From an uncultured Rikenellaceae bacterium (GTDB taxonomy: Bacteria; Bacteroidota; Bacteroidia; Bacteroidales; VadinHA17), in contig CAVOLF010000009.1 in NCBI GenBank assembly GCA_963696805.1, forward strand, positions 120 to 64,119: a stretch of DNA of 64,000 nucleotides, given 5' to 3'. Position 1 is the stretch's first letter; every line of letters starts with the position of its first letter. Below are positions 33,288 through 43,709 of the stretch, one piece after another. The notes under the pieces were generated by a model. It was not told where the DNA came from. It did no database searches and saw only the letters and a list, made by a program, of their open reading frames with translations. A program made the translations under genes and the position numbers.

Positions 33288-35414
33288 TCAGGCCAGTCGG
33301 TAGTCGAGCTGTCTCTTCTGCAGATCGGCTTTTGCCACTTCCACATTGATCTTGTCACCGAGCATGTAGACCTTGCCCGATTGCCTGCCCCTGATGCAGT
33401 AGTTCACCTCGTCATATTCAAAGTAGTCATCCTGCAACTCCCTGATGGCGATCATTCCTTCGCACTGGTTCTCGATGATCTCAACATAGATACCCCATTC
33501 CGTCACTCCCGAGATGACCCCCTCGAACACCTTTCCGATCTTGTCACTCATGAACTCCACCTGCTTGTATTTGATGGAGGCCCGTTCGGCGTCGGTGGCC
33601 AGCCTCTCCCTCTTTGACGAGTACTCGCACAACTTGGCATACTTATCCTTGTCGCGTGCAGGTTGTCCCTCAAGGTATTTTGTCAGGAGGCGGTGCACCA
33701 TCATATCCGGATAACGTCTGATGGGGGAGGTGAAGTGCGTGTAATGGCTGAAGGCAAGGCCGTAGTGACCTATGTTGTCTGTGGAATAGATTGCCTTGGC
33801 CATGGAGCGCAGGGCGAGGGTCTCGATAATGTTCTGCTCCTTTTTTCCTGAGACATTGTCCATGAGTTTGTTCATGGCTGCGGGAAGCCCCTTCACATTT
33901 TCAGTGTCAAGCTCATAGCCGAACCGTTTGATGAAGTAGCTGAATGAGCTAAGTTTCTCAGGATCGGGTTTGTCATGGATGCGGTAGACGAAGGTCTTCC
34001 CGCTCATCTTTTTGCCGACCTGCTCCGCAACGCGCCTGTTGGCCAGCAGCATGAACTCCTCTATGAGCTGGTTGGCTGTCCCGAACTCGCGGAAGAGTAT
34101 CCCCAGGGGTACCCCCTTCTCGCTCAGGTTGAACTTGACCTCAAGCCGTTCGAATGCAAAGGAGCCTGAGGCGAAGCGCCGGCTGCGAAGGGTCTGCGCC
34201 ATGCTGTTAAGGGTCAGGAGCTGCTCTTTCATGTCGCCCTCGCCGGTGTCAATGACCATCTGGGCTCCGGCATATGAGAAGCGCTTGTCTGACCTGATGA
34301 CAGTGCGTCCGAACCACTCCTTCACCACATTGGCCTTGCTGTCGAGCTCAAAGACGGCTGAGTAGGTGAGTTTGTCCTCATCGGGATTGAGTGAGCAAAT
34401 ATGGTTGGAAAGCCGTTCCGGGAGCATCGGTATGGTCCGGTCAACCAGGTAGACCGAGGTGGCGCGTTCCTGGGCCTCCTTTTCAATTACCGACCCTGTC
34501 CTGACGTAGTGGGTCACGTCGGCAATATGCACGCCTACCTCCATATTCCCGTCAGGAAGTCGTCTCAGCGAGAGCGCATCATCAAAGTCCTTGGCATCCT
34601 CTGGGTCGATGGTGAAAGTAGGCACCTCGCGGAAGTCGCGGCGTGCCGCAATCTCCTCGGGGGTTATCTCTGCCGGAATCTTTTCGGCTGCAGCTTCGAT
34701 CTCTGGATCGAACCTGTTGGGGAGGCCGAACTCGGCAAGTATGGCATGCATCTCGGTGTCATTTTCACCCGGATTGCCTAAAACCTCAATTATCTCACCC
34801 ACGGGGTTCCGCGAACGCTGATCCCATTCCACCAGCCTTGCCACGGCCTTCTGCCCCTGTTTTGCTCCGTTAAGCTTTGCCAGGGGGATAAAGAGATCAA
34901 AAGGCATATTTTTATTGTCAGGCATAAGGAAGGCAAACTGTTTTGTCAGTTCTATGGTGCCTACGAATGTTGCCCGTGAACGACTGATGATCTCAACCAC
35001 CTCTCCCTCGGGCCTCTTGCCCTTGTGCCGTGCATAGAGGAGGACTTTCACCTGGTCGCCGTGAAGGGCGGTGTTTAGGTTGCGGGCCGCAATGAAGACA
35101 TCGTCCTCGGATTCTTCGGAGATCACGAATGCATAACCGAATTTGGTAAGGTCGATGGTGCCGGTCACATATCCTCCGACAGACTTCAGTATGTATTTGC
35201 CGTGGTTTCTCTCTTCTGTCATTCCCTCTTTCATCATCCGGATGAGTGCATCGGAGAGAGCCCTTTTCTCTTCCTTCTCCGTTATTTTCAGCCGTGCGGC
35301 TATCTGTTTGTAATTGAGAGGCTGTTTCGGGTTTTTGCCCATCGCCTTTGTGATGAGTTCAATTAGACTCTTCTGGTCTATGCCAGGTTTTTTCTCCTGT
35401 TTTTTTCTTGCCAT
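33288..35414 (-). CDS. rnr: Ribonuclease R
   Basis: TIDPEDAKDFDDALS, HIADV, LIEEFMLLAN, HFTSPIRRYPD, C-terminal S1 domain. Confidence 0.96.
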   Translation of the reverse strand: MARKKQEKKPGIDQKSLIELITKAMGKNPKQPLNYKQIAARLKITEKEEKRALSDALIRMMKEGMTEERNHGKYILKSVGGYVTGTIDLTKFGYAFVISEESEDDVFIAARNLNTALHGDQVKVLLYARHKGKRPEGEVVEIISRSRATFVGTIELTKQFAFLMPDNKNMPFDLFIPLAKLNGAKQGQKAVARLVEWDQRSRNPVGEIIEVLGNPGENDTEMHAILAEFGLPNRFDPEIEAAAEKIPAEITPEEIAARRDFREVPTFTIDPEDAKDFDDALSLRRLPDGNMEVGVHIADVTHYVRTGSVIEKEAQERATSVYLVDRTIPMLPERLSNHICSLNPDEDKLTYSAVFELDSKANVVKEWFGRTVIRSDKRFSYAGAQMVIDTGEGDMKEQLLTLNSMAQTLRSRRFASGSFAFERLEVKFNLSEKGVPLGILFREFGTANQLIEEFMLLANRRVAEQVGKKMSGKTFVYRIHDKPDPEKLSSFSYFIKRFGYELDTENVKGLPAAMNKLMDNVSGKKEQNIIETLALRSMAKAIYSTDNIGHYGLAFSHYTHFTSPIRRYPDMMVHRLLTKYLEGQPARDKDKYAKLCEYSSKRERLATDAERASIKYKQVEFMSDKIGKVFEGVISGVTEWGIYVEIIENQCEGMIAIRELQDDYFEYDEVNYCIRGRQSGKVYMLGDKINVEVAKADLQKRQLDYRLA

Positions 35415-35436
35415 TTCAAGCTTGATTTTACTGTTT

Positions 35437-35465
35437 CAAAGATAGGCTGAAATTGGCTATCTTTG
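35437..35465. promoter_or_regulatory. Back-to-back -7 boxes for rnr and the PqqD-like gene
   Basis: TCAAAGATAG...CTATCTTTGA inverted repeat, i.e. TATCTTTG on each strand. Confidence 0.6.
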
Positions 35466-35481
35466 AGTTGATTATAAATAA

Positions 35482-35772
35482 ATGATATCACTCTCTTCAG
35501 TACCATCGCATTCACCTGATGTTGTTTTCCGCAGGATCAACGACGAATTTCTGCTGATTCCCCTTACGGACAATATTGCCGATATGGATTCGCTTTACAG
35601 GCTGACTGAGACCGGTGCTTTTATCTGGGAGCTGATAGACGGCGAGCTTGCCATCAGTGATATAACGTCAAAGGTAGCAGAAGAGTTCGATGTTGAGCAG
35701 GATGTTGCAGAAAAAGACATTCTCGGTTTTTTCGGAGAGGTACAGGATTTCCTTCATTTCAGGGAGCGGTGA
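35482..35772 (+). CDS. Stand-alone PqqD-family protein (RiPP recognition element)
   Basis: 96 aa; VVFRRINDEFLLIP...LYRLTETGAFIWELIDG...I...VAEEFDV...A.KDI..F matches the PqqD/RRE pattern. Confidence 0.85.
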   Translation: MISLSSVPSHSPDVVFRRINDEFLLIPLTDNIADMDSLYRLTETGAFIWELIDGELAISDITSKVAEEFDVEQDVAEKDILGFFGEVQDFLHFRER

Positions 35773-37229
35773 CTGTTGATCTTATCATAGCCGGCAGGAT
35801 GATCCGCCTGCAGTCGGACGATGGCATCACTCTCAGGCCCGATGATCGGTTCAGCTCTTTCATTGCGGCGGTGTCAGGCAATATTGGTGCGTCCGGGAGC
35901 GCAGCAGAGGGACCCGGGGAGGCTGATCTTCCGGAGCCGGAGCTGACAAAAGATACAGAGGTTGGCCTGAAGACAGTGGCTGATCCCGGGCTGACCGAGA
36001 CACCCGGACCGGAGCTGACCGAGACGCCCGGACCGGAGCTGACGGTTGATGTCTTTCCGGGAAGGTTGGCAATTCCGGCTGATGCGAAAAAGGTGTTTGA
36101 CGCCCGTCTGATGGAGGAGGCCCCTGACGGGCCGCGCGATACCGGCGAGCCATTCTGGGAGATACTGACGGGGGAAGGTATGACCTTTGCTAAAGTTTAT
36201 CTTAAGGATCCCGTATGCAATCCTGTTCTTGTCATGCCAGATGGCAAAAAGACCTGGCAGATCTTCGCTGACAGCCAGGGCCCTGATGCCAACCCCCTGC
36301 CTTATCCGCTCGACGGGCTGCTGCTATACTTTTTAACATCGGCAGCCGGGGACATAATGATACACGGCTCGGGCACGGTATGCGGAGGCCGCGGATGGAT
36401 TTTCACGGGGCGTTCAGGCAGCGGCAAAACCACTGTTGCCGGGATCTTTGACCGGGCAGGAGACAGGGTTATACATGACGACAGGCTTATCCTGAGAAAA
36501 GAGGAAGATGGCTGGGTGATGCACAGCACGCCTGTCTACCGCAATGATGAACCGCGGAGCGCTGCTGTAGATCGTCTCTGGGGCATAGCGCACGGCAGGT
36601 CTAATATCTCAACTCCTGTCACCGGGGCCGAGGCGGTTGCAATGGTGATGTCAAACTGCGTGCAGCAGAACCGGGACAGGGAAGCTGCATTACGGCTGGC
36701 AGCCGCGGTTGAGGAACTGGTGTCATCCGTCAGGGTGAGCCGGCTTTCATTCATGCCTGATGGCAGCCTGCGTGATTACCTTATTGCCAGGGAATCGGGC
36801 AATGCAGTCACGGCGGCAGAGGCTGCCTCTGCCATACTGGCCGGAGAAAAGCCGGTGACAATTACTGCCGGCGGCTATAGCATGTGGCCGGCGATCAGGC
36901 CCGGAGACCGTATAGTGATAATGCCGTATGATCATCAGATACCCCTGGCAAAAGGTATGGTTGTGGCACTCAGGCGTGACGGCGGGTTCGTCGTTCACCG
37001 GGTCACAGATTACCGGAGAGGCCAGTTCATGAATTTCATCCGGACACGGGGAGATGCAGGGATAATATATGATCCGTGGGTCCCAACCGGTGATGTGGCC
37101 GGCCTGGTGAAGAAAGTGACGGAAGACAACAAAACGATAATGATCAGTCCGCAGCGCATGCCATATTACATAGGAAGCCTTGCCGTGGCACTGATAAAAA
37201 TATGGGATGCGATCAGGAGGAGATTCTGA
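35769..37229 (+). CDS. HPr-kinase-related (ScmC-like) P-loop kinase fused to an S24/S26-family peptidase
   Basis: IHGSG, Walker A GRSGSGKTT, IHDDRLILR, MHSTP; C-terminal GYSMWPAIRPGD, VVHRV, TRGD; GTG start overlaps the PqqD stop (GTGA). Confidence 0.75.
   Translation: MTVDLIIAGRMIRLQSDDGITLRPDDRFSSFIAAVSGNIGASGSAAEGPGEADLPEPELTKDTEVGLKTVADPGLTETPGPELTETPGPELTVDVFPGRLAIPADAKKVFDARLMEEAPDGPRDTGEPFWEILTGEGMTFAKVYLKDPVCNPVLVMPDGKKTWQIFADSQGPDANPLPYPLDGLLLYFLTSAAGDIMIHGSGTVCGGRGWIFTGRSGSGKTTVAGIFDRAGDRVIHDDRLILRKEEDGWVMHSTPVYRNDEPRSAAVDRLWGIAHGRSNISTPVTGAEAVAMVMSNCVQQNRDREAALRLAAAVEELVSSVRVSRLSFMPDGSLRDYLIARESGNAVTAAEAASAILAGEKPVTITAGGYSMWPAIRPGDRIVIMPYDHQIPLAKGMVVALRRDGGFVVHRVTDYRRGQFMNFIRTRGDAGIIYDPWVPTGDVAGLVKKVTEDNKTIMISPQRMPYYIGSLAVALIKIWDAIRRRF
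35925..36045 (+). repeat. 24-bp in-frame tandem repeat (PGPELTET)
   Basis: CCGGAGCTGACCGAGAC(A/G)CCCGGA copies with decaying upstream versions. Confidence 0.75.
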
Positions 37230-37244
37230 ACTCATCAGATACGT

Positions 37245-37275
37245 TTTGATATTCAGGGTTCCTGAAGTACTTTTG
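37245..37275 (+). promoter_or_regulatory. Sigma70 promoter of metH
   Basis: TTTG-N19-TACTTTTG, a full Bacteroidetes consensus match. Confidence 0.7.
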
Positions 37276-37295
37276 CAGATCAAAACATAAAAGAG

Positions 37296-40200
37296 TTGAA
37301 GGCAGATATCAGGAAAGTCCTCAGGGAAAAAATACTGGTCCTTGACGGTGCCATGGGCACCATGATACAGCGTCACCGGCTGACCGAGGAGCAGTATCGT
37401 GGCACCCTGTTCGCCACCCATCCGCAGTCGCTGAAAGGCAACAACGACCTGCTGTCAGTAACACAGCCGGAGATCATCCGGGATATCCATCTCGATTACC
37501 TGAGAGCAGGAGCTGACATCATCAGCACCAACACCTTCAATGCCAACAGGATCTCCATGGCTGACTACGGTATGGAGTCGCTTGTTTATGATATGAATGT
37601 TGCTGCCGCGAAGCTGGCGCGTGAGGCTGTTGACCGGCATACCGAAGAGACCGGTCGCGAGGCCTGGGTGGCAGGCTCGGTGGGCCCCACCAACCGCACC
37701 GCTTCGATGTCGGCTGATGTGAGCGATCCCGGAGCCCGTACCGTCACCTTCACGGACCTTGCTGAGGCCTACGGCGAGCAGGTACGAGGACTGGTAGAGG
37801 GCGGGGCTGATATTCTGCTTGTTGAGACGGTCTTCGACGGGCTGAACGCAAAGGCGGCGCTATTTGCCATCAGCGGGGTTTTTGAGGAGAAGGGCATCGA
37901 CCTGCCCGTGATGGTGTCGGGGACGATCACCGATGCCAGCGGACGCACGCTCACGGGACAGACGCTTGAGGCCTTCATTATCACCATGTCGCATTACCCG
38001 CTCCTGAGCATCGGACTGAACTGCGCACTGGGGGCGGAGCAGCTCAGGCCATTCATAGAGGAGCTGTCGGCAAAGACACCATTCTTTGTCTCGGCGCATC
38101 CCAATGCCGGCCTGCCGAACCAGTTCGCCGAGTATGACCAGTCGGCTGACTACATGGGCAGTATCATCAATACTTTCCTGCAGAACGGTTGGGTGAATAT
38201 AATCGGCGGATGCTGCGGCACAACACCCGACCACATCAGGGTCATAGCCTCACTGGCAGAGGGCCGGGCGCCAAGGGGGCTTCCTGAAAGAAAGCATATC
38301 ACTGCCCTTGCAGGGCTGGAGCCGCTGGTGATAAGGCCTGACACAAACTTCGTCAACATAGGCGAGCGCACCAACGTCGCCGGGTCAATCAAATTCGCAA
38401 GGCTGATACGCGAGGGCAACTTCGCCGCTGCCCTTGACGTTGCGCGCGATCAGGTGGAGAGCGGTGCCCAGGTGATAGATATATGCATGGACGACGCCAT
38501 GATTGACGGCGCGGCTGCCATGACGCGTTTCATCAACCTGCTGATGAGCGAGCCAGACATTGCGAAGCTGCCCATTATGGTAGACTCGTCGAAGTGGGAG
38601 GTGCTTGAGGCAGGGCTCAGATGCATCCAGGGCAAGCCTGTGGTCAACTCGATAAGCCTCAAGGAGGGGGAGGAGGATTTCCTTAAGAAAGCGCGGCTTG
38701 TACGCCGGTACGGTGCAGCAGCCGTGGTCATGCTCTTCGATGAGCGCGGGCAGGCTGACACCTTTGAGAGAAGAAAAGAGGTGGCAGACCGCTCTTACAG
38801 GCTGCTGACGGAAAAGGCGGGATTCCCCCCGGAAGATATTTTCATTGACCCAAACATCCTGGCCATCGCCACCGGTATCGAGGAGCATAATAACTATGCT
38901 GTCGATTACATTAAGGCAACAGAGTATATCAAGGCAAACCTTCCTTTTACCAGGGTGAGCGGAGGGGTGAGCAACCTGTCGTTCTCCTTCCGGGGAAATG
39001 ACCCTGTCAGGGAGGCCATGCACGCGGTCTTCCTCTATCATGCCATCAGGTCCGGCATGGACATGGGAATCGTCAATCCCGGCCTGCTGAAGGTCTATAC
39101 GTCCGTTGAGCCAGGCCTGTTGCAGCTGACTGAGGATGTGGTGCTTAACCGAAGGAAGGACGCCACCGACAGGCTTTTGCAGTATGCATCGGGCATGAAG
39201 GTCGGGAAGCAGGAGGAGACCACAAGACACCTTGAGTGGCGTGACGGCGACGTTGTAAGCCGCATAAAGCATGCGCTGGTGAACGGCATTGACACCTTCA
39301 TAGAGGACGATGTTGAAGAGGCACGGCCGCAGTACGAGAGAGCCCTCAGGGTCATAGAAGGGCCGCTGATGGACGGCATGAACGAGGTGGGCGACCTGTT
39401 CGGGTCGGGACGCATGTTCCTGCCGCAGGTAGTGAAGAGCGCCAGGGTGATGAAGAAAGCCGTGGCACGCCTCACACCGTACATAGAGGCAGAGATGAAG
39501 ACGGGCGAGGTATCGTCGGCAGGCAAGGTGCTTCTGGCCACGGTAAAGGGTGATGTGCATGACATTGGAAAGAATATTGTAGGCGTTATCCTGTCATGCA
39601 ATAACTACGAGGTCATCGACCTTGGAGTGATGGTTCCCGCCGCCACCATCCTTGACACTGCTGAGAGAGAGAAGGTTGACTTCATCGGGCTGTCAGGACT
39701 GATAACCCCATCGCTGGAGGAGATGGTGCATATCGCCTCACTCATGGAGGAGCGCGGTATGAAGACCCCGCTGCTGATAGGAGGGGCGACCACCTCGGAG
39801 ATACATACGGCCGTCAGGATAGCGCCTGTGTATTCCTTCAGCGCGGTATATGTAAAGGATGCCTCAAGGGCTGTTCCTGTGATGTCAGGACTGATGGCTC
39901 CCGACGGTTCGCTGGCGGGATCGCTGAAGGAGAAATATGAGAAGCTGCGCCAAGAGCATGAAGCTTCACGGAGGGTGAAGAGGCTGGTAACACTTGAGAC
40001 GGCGAGAAGGAATGGCTTCAGGAGTGATCTGCCGTCACCGGCGCCGGTAATGCCGGGAGTGATCAACTCAGGACCGGTAAGCATCAGGGAGCTTGTTGAT
40101 TACATCGACTGGACCTTCTTTTTCTTTGCATGGAAGATAAACGGCAAATATCCTGACATATTCAATGATCCGGTCAAGGGCACCGAGGCCAGGAAGCTGT

Positions 40201-40916
40201 ATGATGATGCCCTGGCCATGATTGAGAGAATAATAGCTGAGGATCTGATGGTTGCGGAAGCCCTCTCGGGCATCTTCCCGGCAGAGCGTCACGGTGATGA
40301 TGTAAAACTGCTTCCCGGCAACGGAAGTGAAGAGGCATGGTTCCGCTTCCTGCGCAACCAGGAGGAGAAGGAGCCGGGGCAGAGAAACCTCTGTCTCTCG
40401 GACTTCGTGGCAGAAAAGGATGATCATGCCGGGGCGTTTGTGGTGACGGTGAGGCCGGTGTCACAGCTTCCTGAAGGAATCGCAGGCGACGATTACCACA
40501 CCATTATGTTCAGGATCCTTGCCGACCGTTTTGCCGAGGCTGCCGCCGAGTGGCTGCACCGCGAGATACGCGTCAGGCACTGGGGATATGCTCCCGTGGA
40601 GACGCTCACGGCGGCGGAGCTGTTCAAGGTAAAGTACCAGGGCATCAGGCCTGCGCCGGGTTATCCGGCCTGTCCTGACCACACCGGCAAACAGGTGATC
40701 TTTGACCTGCTCAGGGTGCCGGAGACGATAGGCGTCACACTGACGGAGAGCTTTGTGATGGTGCCGGTGTCATCTGTCTGCGGATACATCTTTGCATCAC
40801 CCGGATCATCATATTTCAATGTTGGCACCATAGGCAGGGACCAGCTTGAGGATTATGCCGCACGGTGCGGCATGCCAGTTGAGGAGGCGGCAAAATGGCT
40901 GGCCCCCAATCTTTAA
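37296..40916 (+). CDS. metH: Cobalamin-dependent methionine synthase
   Basis: [39 protein letters not shown] (B12-binding), [10 protein letters not shown]; TTG start. Confidence 0.97.
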   Translation: MKADIRKVLREKILVLDGAMGTMIQRHRLTEEQYRGTLFATHPQSLKGNNDLLSVTQPEIIRDIHLDYLRAGADIISTNTFNANRISMADYGMESLVYDMNVAAAKLAREAVDRHTEETGREAWVAGSVGPTNRTASMSADVSDPGARTVTFTDLAEAYGEQVRGLVEGGADILLVETVFDGLNAKAALFAISGVFEEKGIDLPVMVSGTITDASGRTLTGQTLEAFIITMSHYPLLSIGLNCALGAEQLRPFIEELSAKTPFFVSAHPNAGLPNQFAEYDQSADYMGSIINTFLQNGWVNIIGGCCGTTPDHIRVIASLAEGRAPRGLPERKHITALAGLEPLVIRPDTNFVNIGERTNVAGSIKFARLIREGNFAAALDVARDQVESGAQVIDICMDDAMIDGAAAMTRFINLLMSEPDIAKLPIMVDSSKWEVLEAGLRCIQGKPVVNSISLKEGEEDFLKKARLVRRYGAAAVVMLFDERGQADTFERRKEVADRSYRLLTEKAGFPPEDIFIDPNILAIATGIEEHNNYAVDYIKATEYIKANLPFTRVSGGVSNLSFSFRGNDPVREAMHAVFLYHAIRSGMDMGIVNPGLLKVYTSVEPGLLQLTEDVVLNRRKDATDRLLQYASGMKVGKQEETTRHLEWRDGDVVSRIKHALVNGIDTFIEDDVEEARPQYERALRVIEGPLMDGMNEVGDLFGSGRMFLPQVVKSARVMKKAVARLTPYIEAEMKTGEVSSAGKVLLATVKGDVHDIGKNIVGVILSCNNYEVIDLGVMVPAATILDTAEREKVDFIGLSGLITPSLEEMVHIASLMEERGMKTPLLIGGATTSEIHTAVRIAPVYSFSAVYVKDASRAVPVMSGLMAPDGSLAGSLKEKYEKLRQEHEASRRVKRLVTLETARRNGFRSDLPSPAPVMPGVINSGPVSIRELVDYIDWTFFFFAWKINGKYPDIFNDPVKGTEARKLYDDALAMIERIIAEDLMVAEALSGIFPAERHGDDVKLLPGNGSEEAWFRFLRNQEEKEPGQRNLCLSDFVAEKDDHAGAFVVTVRPVSQLPEGIAGDDYHTIMFRILADRFAEAAAEWLHREIRVRHWGYAPVETLTAAELFKVKYQGIRPAPGYPACPDHTGKQVIFDLLRVPETIGVTLTESFVMVPVSSVCGYIFASPGSSYFNVGTIGRDQLEDYAARCGMPVEEAAKWLAPNL

Positions 40917-40925
40917 ATTTCACAG

Positions 40926-41888
40926 ATGAAAGGACCAACGGTTATTGATCTTATAAACGGTTCGAAGAGACCGCTATTCACATTCGAGCTGCTGCCACCC
41001 CTCAAGGGACACAGCATAGAGCGCATCTATCACACTATAGAAGGGTTGCTTGAATACTCACCGGCATACATCAACTTTACGTCTCACCGTAACGAGGTGG
41101 TGCTGACGGAGAGATCCGACGGGCTTCTCGAGAAGCGTACCACCCGCAAGCGTCCCGGCACCATTGCCCTGGCAGCCGCGGTGAAGTACAAGTATAATGT
41201 GAACGTAGTGCCTCATATCCTCTGCGGCGGGTTCTCTAAGGAGGAGACGGAGAATGCGCTGATTGAGATGAACTTCCTGGGCATCAATGATGTACTGGCT
41301 CTGCGGGGTGACCCGCCCAAGGGCAGCCGCGTCTTCATTCCAGACCCCGGAGGACACAAGAACACCAATGAGCTGGTGCAGCAGATCACCGACATGAACA
41401 GGGGCCATTACCTTGACCCTGATCTGAAGAACACCGCTGCAACATCATTCTGCATTGGTGTGGCCGGTTATCCCGAGAAGCATTTCGAGGCTCCCAACCT
41501 GAAGAGCGACATGGTTAACCTGAAGCGCAAGGTTGATGCAGGCGCCTGCTATATTGTCACACAGATGTTCTTCGACAACGGGAAGTTCTATGCGTTCCGT
41601 GATGCATTGCGGGCCATGGGTGTCACAGTGCCGTTGATACCGGGCATCAAGCCGGTCTCGGCGATGACCGACGTGAACCTGCTGCCGCAGACGTTCCATA
41701 TAGACATGCCCGAGGAGCTCGTGCATGAGCTCTCAAAGTGCCGCACTGACGAGGAGGCAAGGGAGGTGGGTATTGAGTGGTCTGCGGTACAGAGCCGCGA
41801 CCTCCTTAAAAACGAAGTGCCGGGGATACATTACTATACTCTCGGCAGATCGGATAACATTGCACGAATTGTTAAAGCCTCATTCTAG
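40926..41888 (+). CDS. metF: 5,10-methylenetetrahydrofolate reductase
   Basis: FELLPP, LALRGDPP, GVAGYPEKH, KVDAGA..VTQMFFD, HYYTL. Confidence 0.93.
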   Translation: MKGPTVIDLINGSKRPLFTFELLPPLKGHSIERIYHTIEGLLEYSPAYINFTSHRNEVVLTERSDGLLEKRTTRKRPGTIALAAAVKYKYNVNVVPHILCGGFSKEETENALIEMNFLGINDVLALRGDPPKGSRVFIPDPGGHKNTNELVQQITDMNRGHYLDPDLKNTAATSFCIGVAGYPEKHFEAPNLKSDMVNLKRKVDAGACYIVTQMFFDNGKFYAFRDALRAMGVTVPLIPGIKPVSAMTDVNLLPQTFHIDMPEELVHELSKCRTDEEAREVGIEWSAVQSRDLLKNEVPGIHYYTLGRSDNIARIVKASF

Positions 41889-41910
41889 AGGTTGATATCC
41901 CGCCCGGTTA

Positions 41911-42035
41911 GCCAACTTTCAGAGACTCCTTCCAGTGGCTGAAATCCTTCCTGGGGTGAAATGTCAGTTACTCCTTCCAAAGGCTGAAATCATGTCCGGC
42001 GCCAATTGTCAGTTACTCCTTCCAGAGGCCGAAAG
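41911..42035. repeat. Three 45-bp-period degenerate copies of the metK 3' end
   Basis: TCAG(TT/AG)ACTCCTTCCA..GGC.GAAA at 41919, 41964 and 42009. Confidence 0.75.
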
Positions 42036-43281
42036 CCTTTTTAATGGCACTTACCTTGTTCAGCTCCTCCCACTTAAAGAGAGAGACGGTGATCTTTTTG
42101 TCAGGCTTGTCGTTGAATGAGCGGAATGTCTTTTCGATGGTTTTCGGTTCACGGCCCATATGCCCGTATGCTGCCGTCTCGCTGTAGATGGGTTTACGAA
42201 GTCCGTATTCCTTCTCAATCATTGCCGGTCGCAGGTCGAACATCTTACCGATCATTTTTGCGATCTCCCCGTCTTTCATCTTCACGTTTGACGTGCCGAA
42301 GGTATTGACAAAAATGCCGACCGGTTCTGCCACGCCGATGGCGTATGACACCTGTACCAGCATCTCGCGAGCCACGCCGGCGGCGACCATATTCTTGGCT
42401 ATATGGCGTGCGGCGTATGCTGCTGAGCGATCGACCTTCGAGGGGTCCTTGCCCGAGAAGGCGCCGCCGCCGTGAGCGCCGCGGCCGCCGTAGGTGTCGA
42501 CGATAATCTTGCGTCCGGTAAGGCCGCTGTCACCGTGAGGCCCGCCGATGACGAACTTGCCTGTCGGATTGACGTGGTATTTTATCTTGCCGTCAAACAG
42601 TTTCTGTTCCTGCGCACTGAACTGAGCCTTAACCCTCGGAACGAGGATGTTGATGACATCCTTTTTAATTGTCTCCAGCATCTTCTTCTCATCCTTGTTG
42701 AAGTCGTCATGCTGTGTTGAAACAACGATGGTATGCACTCTTTTAGGTGTGCCGTCCTCGTTGTATTCGATGGTGACCTGCGACTTGGAGTCGGGTCTGA
42801 GGTATTTCATAACCTTGCCCTCACGCCGTATCTCGGCGAGCTGATAAACCAGTTCGTGTGCTATGTCAAGGGAGAGGGGGAGGTAATTGCCGGTCTCATT
42901 GACGGCATAGCCGAACATCATCCCCTGGTCGCCGGCACCCTGGTCCTCTTTCTTCTTACGGACGACGCCCTGGTTAATGTCGGGCGACTGCTCATGGATG
43001 GCGGAGAAGATGCCGCATGAGTTTCCGTCGAACATGTACTCGGCCTTCGTGTAGCCGATCTTGTTGATGACTTCCCTGATGATGTTCTGTACGTCGATAT
43101 AGGTTTTGGTCCTGACCTCGCCTGCCACCACCACCTGTCCGGTTGTGACAAGGGTCTCGCATGCCACCTTCGATTCGGGGTCCCATGCCAGGAAGTTGTC
43201 AAGAAGTGCGTCCGAGATCTGGTCGGCTACCTTGTCAGGGTGGCCTTCAGACACTGATTCAGAAGTAAATAAATAGCTCAT
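42013..43281 (-). CDS. metK: S-adenosylmethionine synthetase
   Basis: [56 protein letters not shown]. Confidence 0.98.
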   Translation of the reverse strand: MSYLFTSESVSEGHPDKVADQISDALLDNFLAWDPESKVACETLVTTGQVVVAGEVRTKTYIDVQNIIREVINKIGYTKAEYMFDGNSCGIFSAIHEQSPDINQGVVRKKKEDQGAGDQGMMFGYAVNETGNYLPLSLDIAHELVYQLAEIRREGKVMKYLRPDSKSQVTIEYNEDGTPKRVHTIVVSTQHDDFNKDEKKMLETIKKDVINILVPRVKAQFSAQEQKLFDGKIKYHVNPTGKFVIGGPHGDSGLTGRKIIVDTYGGRGAHGGGAFSGKDPSKVDRSAAYAARHIAKNMVAAGVAREMLVQVSYAIGVAEPVGIFVNTFGTSNVKMKDGEIAKMIGKMFDLRPAMIEKEYGLRKPIYSETAAYGHMGREPKTIEKTFRSFNDKPDKKITVSLFKWEELNKVSAIKKAFGLWKE

Positions 43282-43344
43282 CTGTTAATTTTTTACGTTT
43301 AACAAAGGCAGGGACGGATTGTTGAAAAGCAGCGGCGTGAAAAC

Positions 43345-43395
43345 CGTTTTAGCATTTTTTTCCGTGGTTGCAATCAGCGCAAATCTGTCCACCGT
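43345..43395 (-). promoter_or_regulatory. SAM-II (long-loop type) riboswitch
   Basis: Minus strand GTGG-ACAGATTTGCGCTGATTGCAA-CCAC-GGAAAAAAATGCTAAAA upstream of metK; stem plus GCTAAA tail fits the SAM-II pseudoknot pattern known upstream of Bacteroidetes metK. Confidence 0.72.
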
Positions 43396-43709
43396 CGTAT
43401 AACGGCACGAAGATAGTAAAAAAGTCTGAAGGTCATAAAGTCTAAAGTCAAAAGTTTTTAAGGTCAGAAGGTCTCATGTCTGAAGGTCTTGCAGTCCTTT
43501 ACCGCGTAGCGGTTCAAGTATTGCAGGTTAGGTGATGCACCTCCCGCACAACCCTTACCATGTAGCGGATATATTATTGCGGGATTAACAATTGGCACCT
43601 CTCCCCGGGCTGAACGCAGATGAAAATCATCAAACAGAATGTATGATACAGAATGTATGATACAAAATGTATAAAAATTACTTATATTTGGATAGAAAAT
43701 AGAGCTGGC

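Noticed and set aside
37296-43281. metH/metF/metK as part of the PqqD-kinase operon
   Set aside because: metH has its own full consensus promoter at 37245-37275, and no SAM-dependent enzyme is in the putative pathway.
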